Positions 48,601 through 59,954 of a stretch of 64,000 nucleotides of DNA are shown here, piece after piece. A model generated the notes under the pieces. It worked only from the letters and a program-made list of their open reading frames with translations, was not told the DNA's origin and searched no databases. The translations under genes were made by a program, and so were the position numbers. The DNA is taken from contig MU053594.1 of assembly GCA_013239625.1 (NCBI GenBank), forward strand, positions 274,355 through 338,354. The letters run 5' to 3'. The stretch comes from Lama guanicoe. Lineage: Eukaryota. How positions within the stretch are numbered: position 1 is the first letter of the stretch; every line of letters starts with the position of its first letter.

Positions 48601-51600
48601 TATTAAAAAAGTAGATTCGTTTTTGCCTAACACTGGTGGGGGGGGGAGTGCAGAATGTGACTGAGGTATGAGGGTTCTTTTTGAAGTGACGAAATGCTCT
48701 GAAATTAGACAGTGGTGATGGTTGTACAACTCTGTGAATACACTAAAACCACTGAACTGCATACTTTAAGTGGATCAATTTTGTGGTTGAGGCCTACTTT
48801 AATAAAGCTGCCATTTAAAAAATGTATTAAAAAAGAAAAAGGAAACCATCTTTGAAGACATTTCCAGAGAATTCATAAGTAAGAAGGTTGATACAAACTA
48901 TTGATGAAACTATTCTTTCCATGTATAATCCATCATTAAAATTGTTTCAAAGAGAACAAAAGACATGGAAAATTCAAGATGAAAACATGTGAAATAAAAT
49001 GTGCTGATTTTGGTTCAAGCTAAGGAGTCACTTAAATAACTTTTGTACTTCTGTAATATTTAGCATAATACCAAATTTTGGTAAAATAATAGTTTGGGGA
49101 GTTGCAGAATGAAAGCAAATAACAGCTCAATTTTCCTCCCCAGAATGAGACATATAAAATTAATTATCCAGTCCATTATCCAACCACATCAAAAATAACT
49201 CTTTGTGCATAGGGTAAGAACTACCACTCTCTTCAATCCAGGTTGGGTGGGGGAGGTAGGGAGCTCCCAGTGATATTTATTCCTTGTAGGGGTGCACCTG
49301 GAATTGTGTAATACTCAGACTACAAAGGGGTTACACAGGTTAGCATCATTTGAAAGAGAAATAATAAATTTCTTAAAGTCCCCTCTTTTTGCAATCAAGA
49401 AAGCAAGTTGCTATTGAATAAACATTACTAGGTACCTTGAGAAAGAAGAGATTGTGCAGATACAGAGTGACTCTGTGTAAGTGGTTCAGTAAGGCTAGTC
49501 TGAGTGAACTTGCTCTATAGGTTTTTATGAACTTCAAATAGACACTTGGGAATGGCAGGTTTTAAAGTGATATACAATTGTCCCTTGGTGTCCTCGGGAG
49601 GATTAGTTCCAGAACCCCCTGGATACCAAAACCTATGGATACTCAAGTCCCTTATATATAAAATGGAGATGTATTTGCATATAATCTACACACATTCTCT
49701 TGTGTGTTTTAAGTCATTTCTAGATTATTTACGATGTCTAATACAATGTAAATGCTGTATACATAGCTGTCAGTGCATGGAAACTTCAAATTTTGCTTTT
49801 TGGAAATTTCTGGAATTTTTTAAAAGATATTTTTGATACACAGTTGGTTCAGTCTGTAAATGCAGAACCCAAGGATGTGGAGAACTGACTTGTACAAAGT
49901 GAAAACACTGAATTCACAAGTATTTCCCCAAGGAAACTGTTAGAGGAGGTACAGAGGGGACTCCAAGCCAAGACTGGCTGTAGAGGGGTCACGCTAGTGT
50001 GAAAAAGACCTCTGAGCTCAGGGTTAGGTGACACCACTCTCCTCCAAGTTTTACCAGCTGAGAGATCCTGAAATAGACCAGGTCTCACCCACTAAAGCAC
50101 AGCTCATTGCAGTCAACGAGGGCTCCCCAATAATGGGGAAAAAGTCTAAAGTGCAGCCTGTATCACCAGGAAATACACCTTTTAACCACTCTTTCATAAC
50201 AAATATACTTTCACATCTATGCAATGTCCTGACCAGTTTCTTTATCTGTCACACCAAGTTGCAAACGCATCTCGTTGACTTAGGCGTGTGGCTAGGGAGG
50301 AGGTCTCTGTGTTTTCATGTTTCATTTTCACAGTCATTTTCTCCAGTTGGCTCTTATTAACCACCATGTTGATGCCCATCCCTTTGTCATGCTACATGTA
50401 ACAACAGTGTTAAAATTTTTTCCCCCTAACTTCTTTGAGGGGTATCTGGGCGGATTCGTCATTCAGCCCTAAAGAACACAATGTCAAAAAGAAGTTTGAG
50501 GCTAAAACTGAATTTTTTTTTTTTGTCAAGGGAAACAAGTTTCTCAATGCCAGCTGGTGAACATAATTGGTTCTCTGGTGGCATTATTCACAGCTTTTCC
50601 CTCTGTGTATCTCTCTCGTGCTTTTTTCTTTAGATACCTTCCATCTTGCTTGTTAAAAGCAAAGGATATTTCAGAGAATTGGAATTCATTAGTCTTCTTA
50701 ACAGAGGGAGTCTATTTAGCTCTAAATTGGTGGTTAGCAAATATACAGATAATTCCCGCACATTCTTATTTATCTTCCCCAGTTCTGAAGACTATAGAAA
50801 CAGATGCTTCAACGTCTGGCTGGGAGCCTCTAGTCAATGGACTGGAATACAAAGGTATTTGGGATTCGGAATCGACAAAACTCAATAGAAACAAATTGAA
50901 ACTCTTCACTGTTGAGCAGATTATCTCTATAATCAGATTTCCCTAAGGTACTCATAATACCCAGAAATTCTAAGACAAGACTGTAGTCTTTCATGTAAAC
51001 AAAACAGGAGGCAAAACGTTATAATGGAACCGAGGTACTGTGATGAAAAGCTGAGCTGAAAGCTCTCCACTCCAAACAAAAGTTGCCAACAGTTCAGCTG
51101 CTGGCAGATGCAGCCAACAAGTCATCTATTCACACTGGGAGTGTCCTTGTCTGAGCAAAATCTGTGCGCGATGTTACCAAGTCCTTCACACTGGCCCACT
51201 GGCCCTGCCTCTGGGATGGACTTTAAGATTAGCCCACCTGAATGTAATAGAGACATTTGCAAAGCGTATTAGACTGAAGTCATTCATGAAGACAATCCTA
51301 GAATTGTACTCACAGATCTTAATCAGTTAGCCAAATATCCACCCAGCATCTTTGAAGTAAGATACGTTGTGCTACATATTGTGGGAAATACAAACGTGAG
51401 TTAGAAAATCCTTCCGTCGTGTAGCTATTGATAAATTAGGGTATGTGATATTTTAACAAATAGCCATGTGCATTAAGAAATATACATACTTCATTGGGTT
51501 TAAAAGAAGGAGACTGCTGTCAGTTCGAAGAAATGAGGAAAATTTCTTTTAGGAGCTGAGATTTGAAGGACAATAGTATTTTATAGATGGAGAAGGAAGA

Positions 51601-54600
51601 GGAAAACATTCAGTGGGGGAAATAGCATGTAAGCAGCATACAGGCAGGAAATAACAAGGAGTTCAAGTTTATTGTAGCATTGAGCATACACAGGAGATAA
51701 AGTTAAGACAGTAGATAGGGATAAAACTAGAGGGATGGACTATAAGATTTTTTCACATTTCTGAAGGCAAGTTTTCCATATTCAATAAAATGTCTAACAT
51801 ACTCTTGTAAAAATATTAATATATTCCGCAACGATAGAGAAAAACTTATCTTGAAAAAATAATGGTGTTCTCCTTACCTACCATAATGGATACGATTTTA
51901 TTTTCTTTTATTGGAGTAGGAAGAAAGAGTTACATTAAAAATTTCAACTTGATACTGTTGTTCCAAGGGAAAATATTAATATAAAGAGTTTACTCCTGGG
52001 GGGAGGGCATAGCTCAGTGGTAGAGCACATGCTTAGCATGCACAAGGTCCTGAGTTCAATCCCCAGTACCTCCATTAAATAAATAAATAAACCTAATTAC
52101 CTTCCCTTGCCAAAAAAAAAAAAAGACTTTACTCCTTTTCTTCATTTATCTCCAAATAAGCCTCTAAAGGAAAGTCTGAGCAATTCCACTTTACCTTAGT
52201 CAATATGAAGTCAGAAAGTGGAAGGATGAGGAGAGACCTAGAATTACTCAAGGCCGATTATACCTCTGCCCTGGAGTTTCATATGACACAGCTCATATCG
52301 TGTCTTTATTCAAATCATGCTTTTCCTATTGGATAACGTCCAATAAACAATATAGGCATAGTAGCCCACTGACAAGTATATAGCAAGAACTAGTATCTTT
52401 TAAGTAGGTGAAGATACAGCCCCAGAAAATTGTCTCCAAAATTCGAGTTCAACATCCAATTAGAAAAGAGATTCAAAGGCGTTTTCTCTTGGAGTTCTGT
52501 GTAAGACTAGGTCTTTTGAAGTAAGAGCGGGTATTTTCTGGCATTTAATTAAACAACATTTTCTAGGATCTTAGACATAGTACTTCTACTAGTGTGAGTG
52601 GAAAAATAAAGCTGGGAAAAGTGAAATTGTTTGCTAAAAGGGGGATTTTTGTGTACCATTCAAATGTACCTGCTTATGAAGAAACAATGAGAAGGGGTTT
52701 AACTATAGGAAAATTATGCTAAAATTACTTGCATCAGATAAAAATAACAATTTAAACACTGTTAGAACAGATCAACTATACTGCTAGTTTCAAACTATTT
52801 TTTTTCATCAATTTCAATGCCCAATTCTCTGTCAAAAAAAATCAGTTTATGATTCATAGGATAGCACTAAGATATTAATATAGAAAAACACCTCCATTGA
52901 AATGAAGAGAAATTATTAAATTATTTTAACAAAGTACATTAAGATAATAAAATTGTATTGTAGGGTACATTATGTATGTTAATTTAAGGGGAACAGGTAA
53001 ATGGAATTTTACTGTTGTAAGATTTGTACATTTTATATGAAGGATAATAACATTAATCCTAACTACATTGTATTAAGTTAATACATTGTATTAGGGTGTG
53101 GAGATCCCCAAAGTAACATCTAAAAATGAAACACAGAGGGATTGCTAAAAAGCCAATTTGATTTTAGAGGAACTAAGAGGAGCAGAAAACAGATGAGACA
53201 ACTAAAAACAAACAGCAAAATGTGACAATGAATATATATATGTTCATGTATAACTGAAAGATTGTGCTCTACACTGGAATTTGACACAACATTGTAAAAT
53301 GATTATAAATCAATAAAAAAAAACCCAGCAAATGGTATCGGTAAATGGACAAAAACCTTAATTAAAATGCATAGATTGACAGATTAAAAAAAGCAATATT
53401 CTGGAATACTACTCAGCAGCAAAGAGGAGTGAATTATTGATACACACAACAACTTAGATGTTTTAGGGAGCCCTGTGGTGATGATTGTGTAGCTTGATGT
53501 GGTGGTAATATTGGTTATGCAAAGCTACCCATATGATAAAATTACACAGAAGCACCCCCCTCCACACACACACACACACATATACATATACACAAAAGAG
53601 CACATGTAAAACTGGAGAAATCTGAATATCCACTGTATTGTATCAACAACAATTTTCTTTTTTTTTTAATCTTTAAAATGTTATTCATGTGTTTCACCCA
53701 TGAGCCCCATGGAGTCTCTGAAGGTTTAAACTATTTTTTTTTATTAAAGTACAGTCAATTACAATCTGTCAATCTCTGGTGTCCCAGTCATTCATATACA
53801 TACATATATTCGTTTTCATATTTTTTCCATTAAAGGTTGTTAACAAAATATAACATCATCTTCCTAGTATTGATACTGTACTATATTTTTGGAAGATGTT
53901 AACATTAGGGGGGCATTTGGGTGAAGGGTGCACAAAATCTCCCTATAAGTTTGTTTGCAACTTCCTGTAAATTTACAATTATTTCAAAACAAAAAGTTGG
54001 GGGGAAAAAAGCAAGATCAAACTATATGCACTCTCTAAGAAATAACTTTGCATACAATGTCCCAGGAGTTGAAAAATAAAAGAACGGACAAATATATACC
54101 ATGCAAAAAGTTATCATGAAAAAAACTTCAAGGAAAAGAATATTATCAGAGATTAAAAAAGGGTATCTCATAATGGTTAAGGGTTCTGTTTGTCAAGAGA
54201 CTTACAATCTTAAAAGTTTATGAGTCTAATAGTAGAGCAGAGAAATACACAAACCAAAATTATAATTGAGAATTTTAATGTATCTCTTTATGAAATTAAT
54301 AGAACAACTAGACAAAAATGTCTAAGTTATAGAAGATTTTAACAATACTGTAAAAACATTTATTGAGTTTACACTTATGGAACAGTGCACCTTTCTATTC
54401 AACACAGTACTAGAAGTTTGAGCCAGTGCAATAGGCAATAAAGGGAAAGAAAACGTATAAAGATTGGGGGAAAAAAGAAGTAAAATCTTCATTATTCACA
54501 GACAACAAGATCTTCTACATAGAAAATCTGAAAGAATCTACAAAAAAAAAGACTCAAAAATTAATGGCATGGCAGAATCACAGGATCCAAGGCCAATATA

Positions 54601-57600
54601 TATATGCTCTATATATTTTGTATGCGAGCAACAGAGACCCAAAATTAAAATACAATTTTAATAGCATCAAAAATGTGACATACTTAGGGATAAATTTAAC
54701 CAGATATGTGCCAAACACTGAAAAATACTGAACATTCTGGGAAGAAAGTAAAGAATTAAATAAATGGAGATGCACACTGTAGTTGTGGATTGCAAGCTTG
54801 TTGTTAAGATGTTGATTCTCCTCAAATTGATCTACAGATTTAATGCAATCTCAAAAATTCTGGCAGTTTTTAAATAGTGAAATTGATGAACTGATTCTAA
54901 AGTATGTATGAAAATGGAAAGTACCTAGAAGCATCAAACACCACTTAAACAGAAGAATAAGGTTGGAAGACTAACACTATCTGATTTTAAGACTTCTACA
55001 ATGTACAGAAATCGACACAGTATATTGGCATAAGGAGAAATATGTCGACACAGAACAGAATCCAGAAATAGACCAAAACTATATAAAGAACTCTTGGAAC
55101 TCAGTAATAAGATAATAAACAACTCTATTTTTTAATAAATAAAAGATTTGAGTAAATATTTTACTTAAAAAGATATACAGTTGTCAAATAAGCACATGAA
55201 AAGATATTCAACATCATTAGTCTTTAGTGAAATGAAAGTTTAAAACCACATTGAAATACCCCCACAAATCGACTAGAATGATTAAAATTTAAAGAGATTG
55301 ACAGCATCAAGTGCTGGCAATCATGTGGAGGAACTGAAACTCTCATACGTTGCAGGTGGAATGCACAATGACACAGCCACTTTGGCAAACAGTTTGGCAG
55401 TTTCATATACAAAGTTATATAGACTTATACATAGACTTAAACAACTCAGCAATTCCACACCTAAGTATTTACCCAAAAGAAGTGAAAACATATGCAAAAG
55501 CTTATAGTGGCTTTATTCATAATTGCCCCAATCTAGAAAGAACTGACATCACATGGCAAATTGATAAACAAACTGCAGTAATGTGTACAATGGAATACTG
55601 CTCCTGATACATGCAACAGTACAACACGGATGGATCTCAAAGGCAGAAGTCAAAAACAAAGGGTAAAATACAATATGATTCCATTCATATGACATTCTGG
55701 AAAGGCAAAACTATAGGTAGAAAAAAATCTGTGGTTGCCAGGGACTGGAGCTGGGGGAAAGGAATAGCTTTAAAAAGATGAATTTCATTCTATGCAATTT
55801 ATACCTCAAATTTTAAAATGCATCAAAGTCCATAGGATGCAGTTCAATTAGTGCTTAGAGGAAAATTATAACTTTAAATGTTAAAATTAGAAAAGAAAAA
55901 GGGTTTAAAAATCATGATATAACTATTCACTTTAAGAAACTAGATAAAGAAGAACAAATTAAATTCACAGTAAGTAGAAGAAAGGAAATAAGGATGAGAG
56001 CAGATCTCAGTGAAACAGAAAACAATAAGGAAAATTCAAAACCAATATTCGGTTCTTTAAAGAAATGAATGAAACTGATAAACATTTGGCAATATTGGCC
56101 GGGGGAAAATAAGAGAAAACCCAAACTACCAATATGAGGAATGAAAGAGGCAGTATTGTTGGCCATTCTTTGAACATTAAGAGAATTAAAAAGGAATATT
56201 GTGAGCAAATTAACTTTCAACTTGGATGAAATAGACAAATTCCTTGAAAAATACAAATTACCAAACCTAACACAAGAAGAAATAGAAAATTTGAACATTC
56301 CTATACATGCTAGTGAAATTGAATTCCTATTTAAATACCCTCCCACAAAGAAAATGCCAATCCCAGGTAGTTATACTGGTGAATCCTATCAAACATTAGG
56401 AAAAGAAAATCCCCTTATTACCCAACTCCTTCAGAAAATTGAGAAGGGAACATTCTCCTGACACCAACATAGCCCTGATACCAACATAATCCTGATACCA
56501 AAACCAAACAAATACGTTACAAGAAATGAAGCTACAGCTCAATGCACCTCATTATCACAGCTGCAATCTATAATAAGTAGACATTCACCTCCAGAAATGA
56601 ATAAAGAGGATTATATATCAAGATCAAGTGGGTTTTTTCTAAGAATGCAGGGTGGTTTAATATTTGAAAATCAATCAAAAATAATTTACCATGATAACTG
56701 CATAAAACAGGAAAAGCATATGATCGTTCAAATTGATGGAGAAAAAAATTTGATGTAATTCAACATCATTCATGATTTAACAAAAAAATCTCTCAGCACA
56801 CAAGAAATGAGGGAACTTTTCAACCTGATAAAGAACATCTATGAAAAATCTATAGCTAACACCAGAGTTAATGGTGAAAGATCTTTGCCCCTAAGAATGG
56901 GAACAAGGATGTCTGCTCTCACCACTTCCGTTAACATTGTGGTGGAGGTCTTAGGCAAAGCTACAGGACAAGATAAGAAGCATGAAGAGCACACTTATCA
57001 GCAAGGAAGAAGTAAAACTATTTGCAGAGGACATGATTGTATACATAGAAAATATTAATCTACAAAAAACTACTGGCATTAGTTAAGTTCATTTTGCAAG
57101 GTCACGGGACACAAAATCAATGTACAGTAGCTCACAGAGAAAAAAATGTGACAGTGAGTATATATATGTTCATGTATAACTGAAAAATTGTGCTCTACAC
57201 TGGAATTTGGCACAACATTGTAAAGTGATTATAAATCAATAAAAAATGTAAAAAAATTTTAATGCAAAAAAAATCAATGTACAAAATGGTCCTATTTCTT
57301 TATAATGACAACAAAAAACTACAACAGTTTAAAATTTAAGTAATTTTTATAGCAGCAACAAAAATACTTTCAGATAAACTTAACAGAAATAAGTGTAAAA
57401 CTTCCATATTGAAAATTATAGAAAATTAAAAATAAGATGATTGATCTGCAGAAGACCCAAATAAATGGAGAGACAAACCATACTTAAAGGCTGGAAAACT
57501 CAATATTTTTAAATGTCAATTCTCCCCTAAATTTCTCTGTGGATCACATACCATTCTAAACAAACTCCCAGGAGGATTTTTTTTTAATGAAAATTGACCA

Positions 57601-59954
57601 GCTGATTATAAAATTTATGTAGAAGTAAAAGGTCTTAAAAGCCAAAGCATCTTAAAAATGAAGAACAAAGTTCAAGGACTTACTATCTGATTTCAAGCGA
57701 AATAGTCCCATTTATCAATTAACTTAGTTTTCAGCCAAGACATCAAAGCAATTTAATAGGGAAAGAAAATCCTCTCCAAAAAATGGTGCTGGAACAAATC
57801 TTTTCTAAATGCAAAAAACCAACCAAAACAAAACACAAAACAACAACAACAAAACAACATATGCCTCACACCATCACAACAATTAATTCTCAATAGATTG
57901 TAGAATTAAATCTAAGGAGCTTAAAAACTATAAATCTTCTGAAGAAAAATACAGGCAAATATTTTTGTGAACTTGAAGTAGCAAAAATTTCTCAGACAGC
58001 ACCCAGAAAGCACAAATGATAAATAAAGAATTGATAAAAAATGGATTCATTAAATTTTAAAATGTCTGTTCATCATAAGACCCATTAAGAATATGAGTAG
58101 GAAAGCCACAGATTGAGAATTCACAGTATATAGATGACAGAGAACTTGTGTCCAGAATATATAAGCAACTCCTATATATCTGTAATAAAAGGACAACCCA
58201 CACAATAAAAAAGAGGAAAAGACTTAAACAGGTCCTTCACAAAGAAAGATATGTAAGCCAATAATCACACAAAAATGAGCCCCTAATTATTAGCATTGGG
58301 AATTACAAAGAAAAACCACAATGAAATATCATTACACCGTTTCCAGAATGTCTAAAATTAAAAAGACTGATAACACCTAACGTTGGTGAAGATGTGGGGA
58401 GATGGGAACTCTCATGGCTGATGGGCGGGAGGGTATATACCATGTACAACCAATTTATAAATCAGTCTGGCAGTTCCCATTAAATGTACAACTATCCTAT
58501 GAGAAGTGGCCATTATTCCACTTCTAGGTTTTACCTAAGAGAAATAAAAATATATGTGCACCAAAGGAATTGCACAGAAATAGCAGCCTTATTCATAAGA
58601 TCCTAAAACTGGAAAAAAAAAACCCAAATGCTTATCAATAGGAGAATGGATAAACAAAGCACGATATAGCCATAATGAAGTACTACTTATCAATAAAAAA
58701 AAAACCTACTGATATGCACAGGAACATGAATGAACCTCAAAAACATTATGCTGAGTGAAAACTCCAGACACAATAGCGTCCATAAAAGTATGAAGCTCGA
58801 GAACTGGCAAAAATAATCTCTGATAAAAGAGATCAGGACAGTGGTTGTCCCTGTGGAAGGAGGGGATGAGGACCGACTGGGAAGGAAATGAGGGATCTCT
58901 CCGGGGTGGTGGAAATGTTTGACGTATTGATAGGGATGTGGATTACGTGGGTACATGCAATTACCAGAACTTGTTGAGCTGTGCACTTAAGATCTGTGCA
59001 TTTCGGTATCTGTATACTATACCACAATTAGAAAAAAAGTTTTTAGAAGTAGACTGAAAAATGATTATTGAACTACTTCAACAACAACAAAAAAGCTCAG
59101 TAAAGTCTGCTTTTAAAAAAAATCAAATTAAATTTGGAATCTATATTGAAGACTACGCAATTAAGAAAAAGGAGGAAGAAGAAGCGGAGATAATTTGATG
59201 AGCCATCATCTACTGAGGGCTCACTAAGACCTCTGCTAACTGCTTTACATTCATTTTTCTCCTTAATTCCCACAACAACCCATTTTTCATAGTAGGAAAG
59301 ACGTGCTTCAATAACCAATACTTCCCAACATTCTTAGCATATACCTTAGGTATAAAGTCCCTTGTAGACTCAGGATACCAAGACACTTTTTTCCTCTTTT
59401 TAAAATTTCAGGCAGTACCTGGTAGATGTTTCCTAAACCTACTATTATCACAAAGAAATGTGAACCACAGAAAACAACACCTATTATAGCTGTTGGTTTC
59501 AACAGTGCTCATAAAATACATACTGTGATCTATGACCACAATTCTTAAAATATCTTCCGTGAAATTCATATTTCTAGACTACCTGCCCCTCACGATGTAA
59601 GCTGGGGGCTAGAAAGCATGACTTGTCTAATAAATATCCACCCCCCTGCCAGCTCACTGCTCAGATGAGCCTAGCACAGTGTCTTAATCAACTCAATGAG
59701 AGTCTCAAGAATGAAACCCCTTGACCCCTGTGTAAATAGCAGGTCGTCTCTCAAAAGAATGGTAGGAATAGGAGACAGTGAGGTGGTCCTTACCACGTCC
59801 AGCACTGCGTAGACAAACACATCCAGGTAGACAGTGGTGGCCCGGGTCCAGTTGTGAACCGGCCTCACCTCCTTGCAGTATTTCTGCAATAGTTGTTTGG
59901 TGAGATGACGCAGAGCAGAGCTCCTGGGATGAGGGGCGTCAATGGCCAGGATTC
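33375..59954 (-). CDS. HTR3B: 5-hydroxytryptamine receptor 3B, exons 2-9 (5'-partial; exon 1 not in window)
   Basis: Exons of 161,45,110,170,158,211,183,236 nt join in frame at GT-AG boundaries. Cys-loop [15 protein letters not shown], CRAR motif and M1-M4 are present. Confidence 0.97.
33894..34095 (-). mobile_element. LINE-1 3' end fragment
   Basis: ttgagatgtaactgacatacaacattatattagtttcaagtgtacaacatagtgattc (reverse L1 tail). Confidence 0.75.
34560..34742 (-). CDS. HTR3B: HTR3B exon 8 (M3)
   Basis: GVFFTVCMAFLVLSLSKSILLVKFLHDE...GVT; 183 nt. Confidence 0.96.
34855..35065 (-). CDS. HTR3B: HTR3B exon 7 (M1, CRAR, M2)
   Basis: VVIRRRPLVYVVSLLIPSIFL...CRARVVFKTSVLVGYTVFRVNMSDEVP...TPLI; 211 nt. 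Confidence 0.97.
37718..37867. mobile_element. hAT-Tip100 MITE (MER91A-like)
   Basis: gaagggccccaggcttggttt...ttgaaattctcaataattt...ttttcactttgcaccaggccctgcaaatcatgtacccggtcct. Confidence 0.7.
38430..39087 (+). mobile_element. MaLR internal 3' remnant plus MLT1C-like LTR (LTR 38654-39087)
   Basis: gggttaagac...gaatttgggggagtcagaggg purine tract directly before tgtactgggttga...ggcagccctaggagactaacaca. Confidence 0.8.
40318..40387. repeat. (CT)n pyrimidine microsatellite
   Basis: Direct read. Confidence 0.9.
41868..41909. repeat. (GA)n(GT)n compound microsatellite
   Basis: Direct read. Confidence 0.9.
43161..43249 (+). mobile_element. Short tRNA-Ala-derived SINE/retrocopy with A tail
   Basis: tagctcagtggtagagcactagcttagcatgcacgaggtcctggattcaattcccaacacctcca + A tail; TSD aagtgaggat on both sides. 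Confidence 0.8.
43541..43698 (-). CDS. HTR3B: HTR3B exon 6
   Basis: VEDVDLAFLRSREDTTHDKKAFLNDSEWELLSVSSTY...FAQIRFN; 158 nt. Confidence 0.97.
44226..44395 (-). CDS. HTR3B: HTR3B exon 5 (Cys-loop)
   Basis: VDIERSPDLPYVYVNSSGTI...[25 protein letters not shown]; 170 nt. Confidence 0.97.
44817..44926 (-). CDS. HTR3B: HTR3B exon 4 (VWDDEFLSWNSSMFDEIDEISLPLSAIWAPDIIINE)
   Basis: 110 nt; donor TT|GTAAGT; translated by hand. Confidence 0.96.
45245..45289 (-). CDS. HTR3B: HTR3B exon 3 (DAQNQKLKTSVWYRE)
   Basis: 45 nt, AG/GT boundaries. Confidence 0.95.
46565..46916 (+). mobile_element. MaLR LTR (MLT1A-like) inserted in L1
   Basis: ctatggaccaaatcgtgttc...cagaactgtgagaaataaatttctgtcattgaagccacccagtctatggtatttgttatggcag. 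Confidence 0.8.
48372..48607 (+). mobile_element. Younger L1 3' end inserted in older L1
   Basis: cagataaacaacaag...ctgtatagcacaaggaac...gacacaacattgtaaactgattatacttcagtaaaaaaa. Confidence 0.75.
49575..49892. mobile_element. TcMar-Tigger element (MER2-like)
   Basis: TA-flanked caattgtcccttggtgtcc...ccagaaccccctggataccaaaacctatggatactcaagtccctta...ggatgtggagaactgacttg. Confidence 0.8.
50420..51285 (+). mobile_element. Decayed DIRS-like retrotransposon pol fragment (RT thumb/connection, RNase H, start of methyltransferase-like domain)
   Basis: Ordered motifs LNWWL, IETDASTSGW (TDASTSGW at 50800-50823), GIWDSE..N.LKL, TVVFHVNKTGG (50980-51012, same frame past stops), LKALH..LADAANK (51056-51121, +1 frame), IETFA (51247-51261). 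Confidence 0.7.
51325..51760 (-). mobile_element. L2 LINE 3' fragment
   Basis: gagctgagatttgaaggac...aaaacattcagtgggggaaatagcatgtaagc L2-like; boundaries approximate. Confidence 0.55.
51998..52121 (+). mobile_element. tRNA-Ala-derived camelid-type SINE (Vic-1-like)
   Basis: ggggggagggcatagctcagtggtagagcacatgcttagcatgcacaaggtcctgagttcaatccccagtacctcc...aataaataaacctaattacc + A tail; 15-bp TSD aaaga(g/c)tttactcct. Confidence 0.9.
52930..59040 (+). mobile_element. Patchwork of old L1 ORF2/3'UTR fragments
   Basis: ORF 56201-56461 (NLDEIDKFLEKYKLPNLTQEEIENLN) is L1 ORF2p; further L1 RT and 3'UTR pieces throughout. Confidence 0.85.
57127..57269 (+). mobile_element. Short 5'-truncated young L1 3' end
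   Basis: Highly similar to 260-388; perfect 14-bp TSD aaaatcaatgtaca at 57113-57126 and 57270-57283. Confidence 0.85.
59794..59954 (-). CDS. HTR3B: HTR3B exon 2 (GILAIDAPHPRSSALRHLTKQLLQKYCKEVRPVHNWTRATTVYLDVFVYAVLDV)
   Basis: 161 nt; acceptor ctcttttccAG, donor GTG|GTAAGG. Confidence 0.95.

Larger units (their letters stand above)
45955..48835 (+). mobile_element. Nested old L1M ORF2/3'UTR fragments
   Basis: aaatggatcataaacctaaatgtaagagctaaactataaaag..., catagcagcattattcaca..., two L1 3' ends; many stops. Confidence 0.85.

Noticed and set aside
50557..50946. Intact protein-coding gene or endogenous hepadnavirus polymerase
   Set aside because: No ATG start, homology continues through stops and frameshifts, and the motifs (TDAS..GW, G.W..E, N..GG) fit DIRS better than hepadnaviral ADATPTGWG
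51998..52074. Functional tRNA-Ala gene (also at 26521 and 43165)
   Set aside because: Flanked by TSDs and A-rich tails with stem mismatches; these are SINE/retrocopies
56201..57058. ORFs with RT-like similarity
   Set aside because: Ordinary decayed L1 ORF2 fragments
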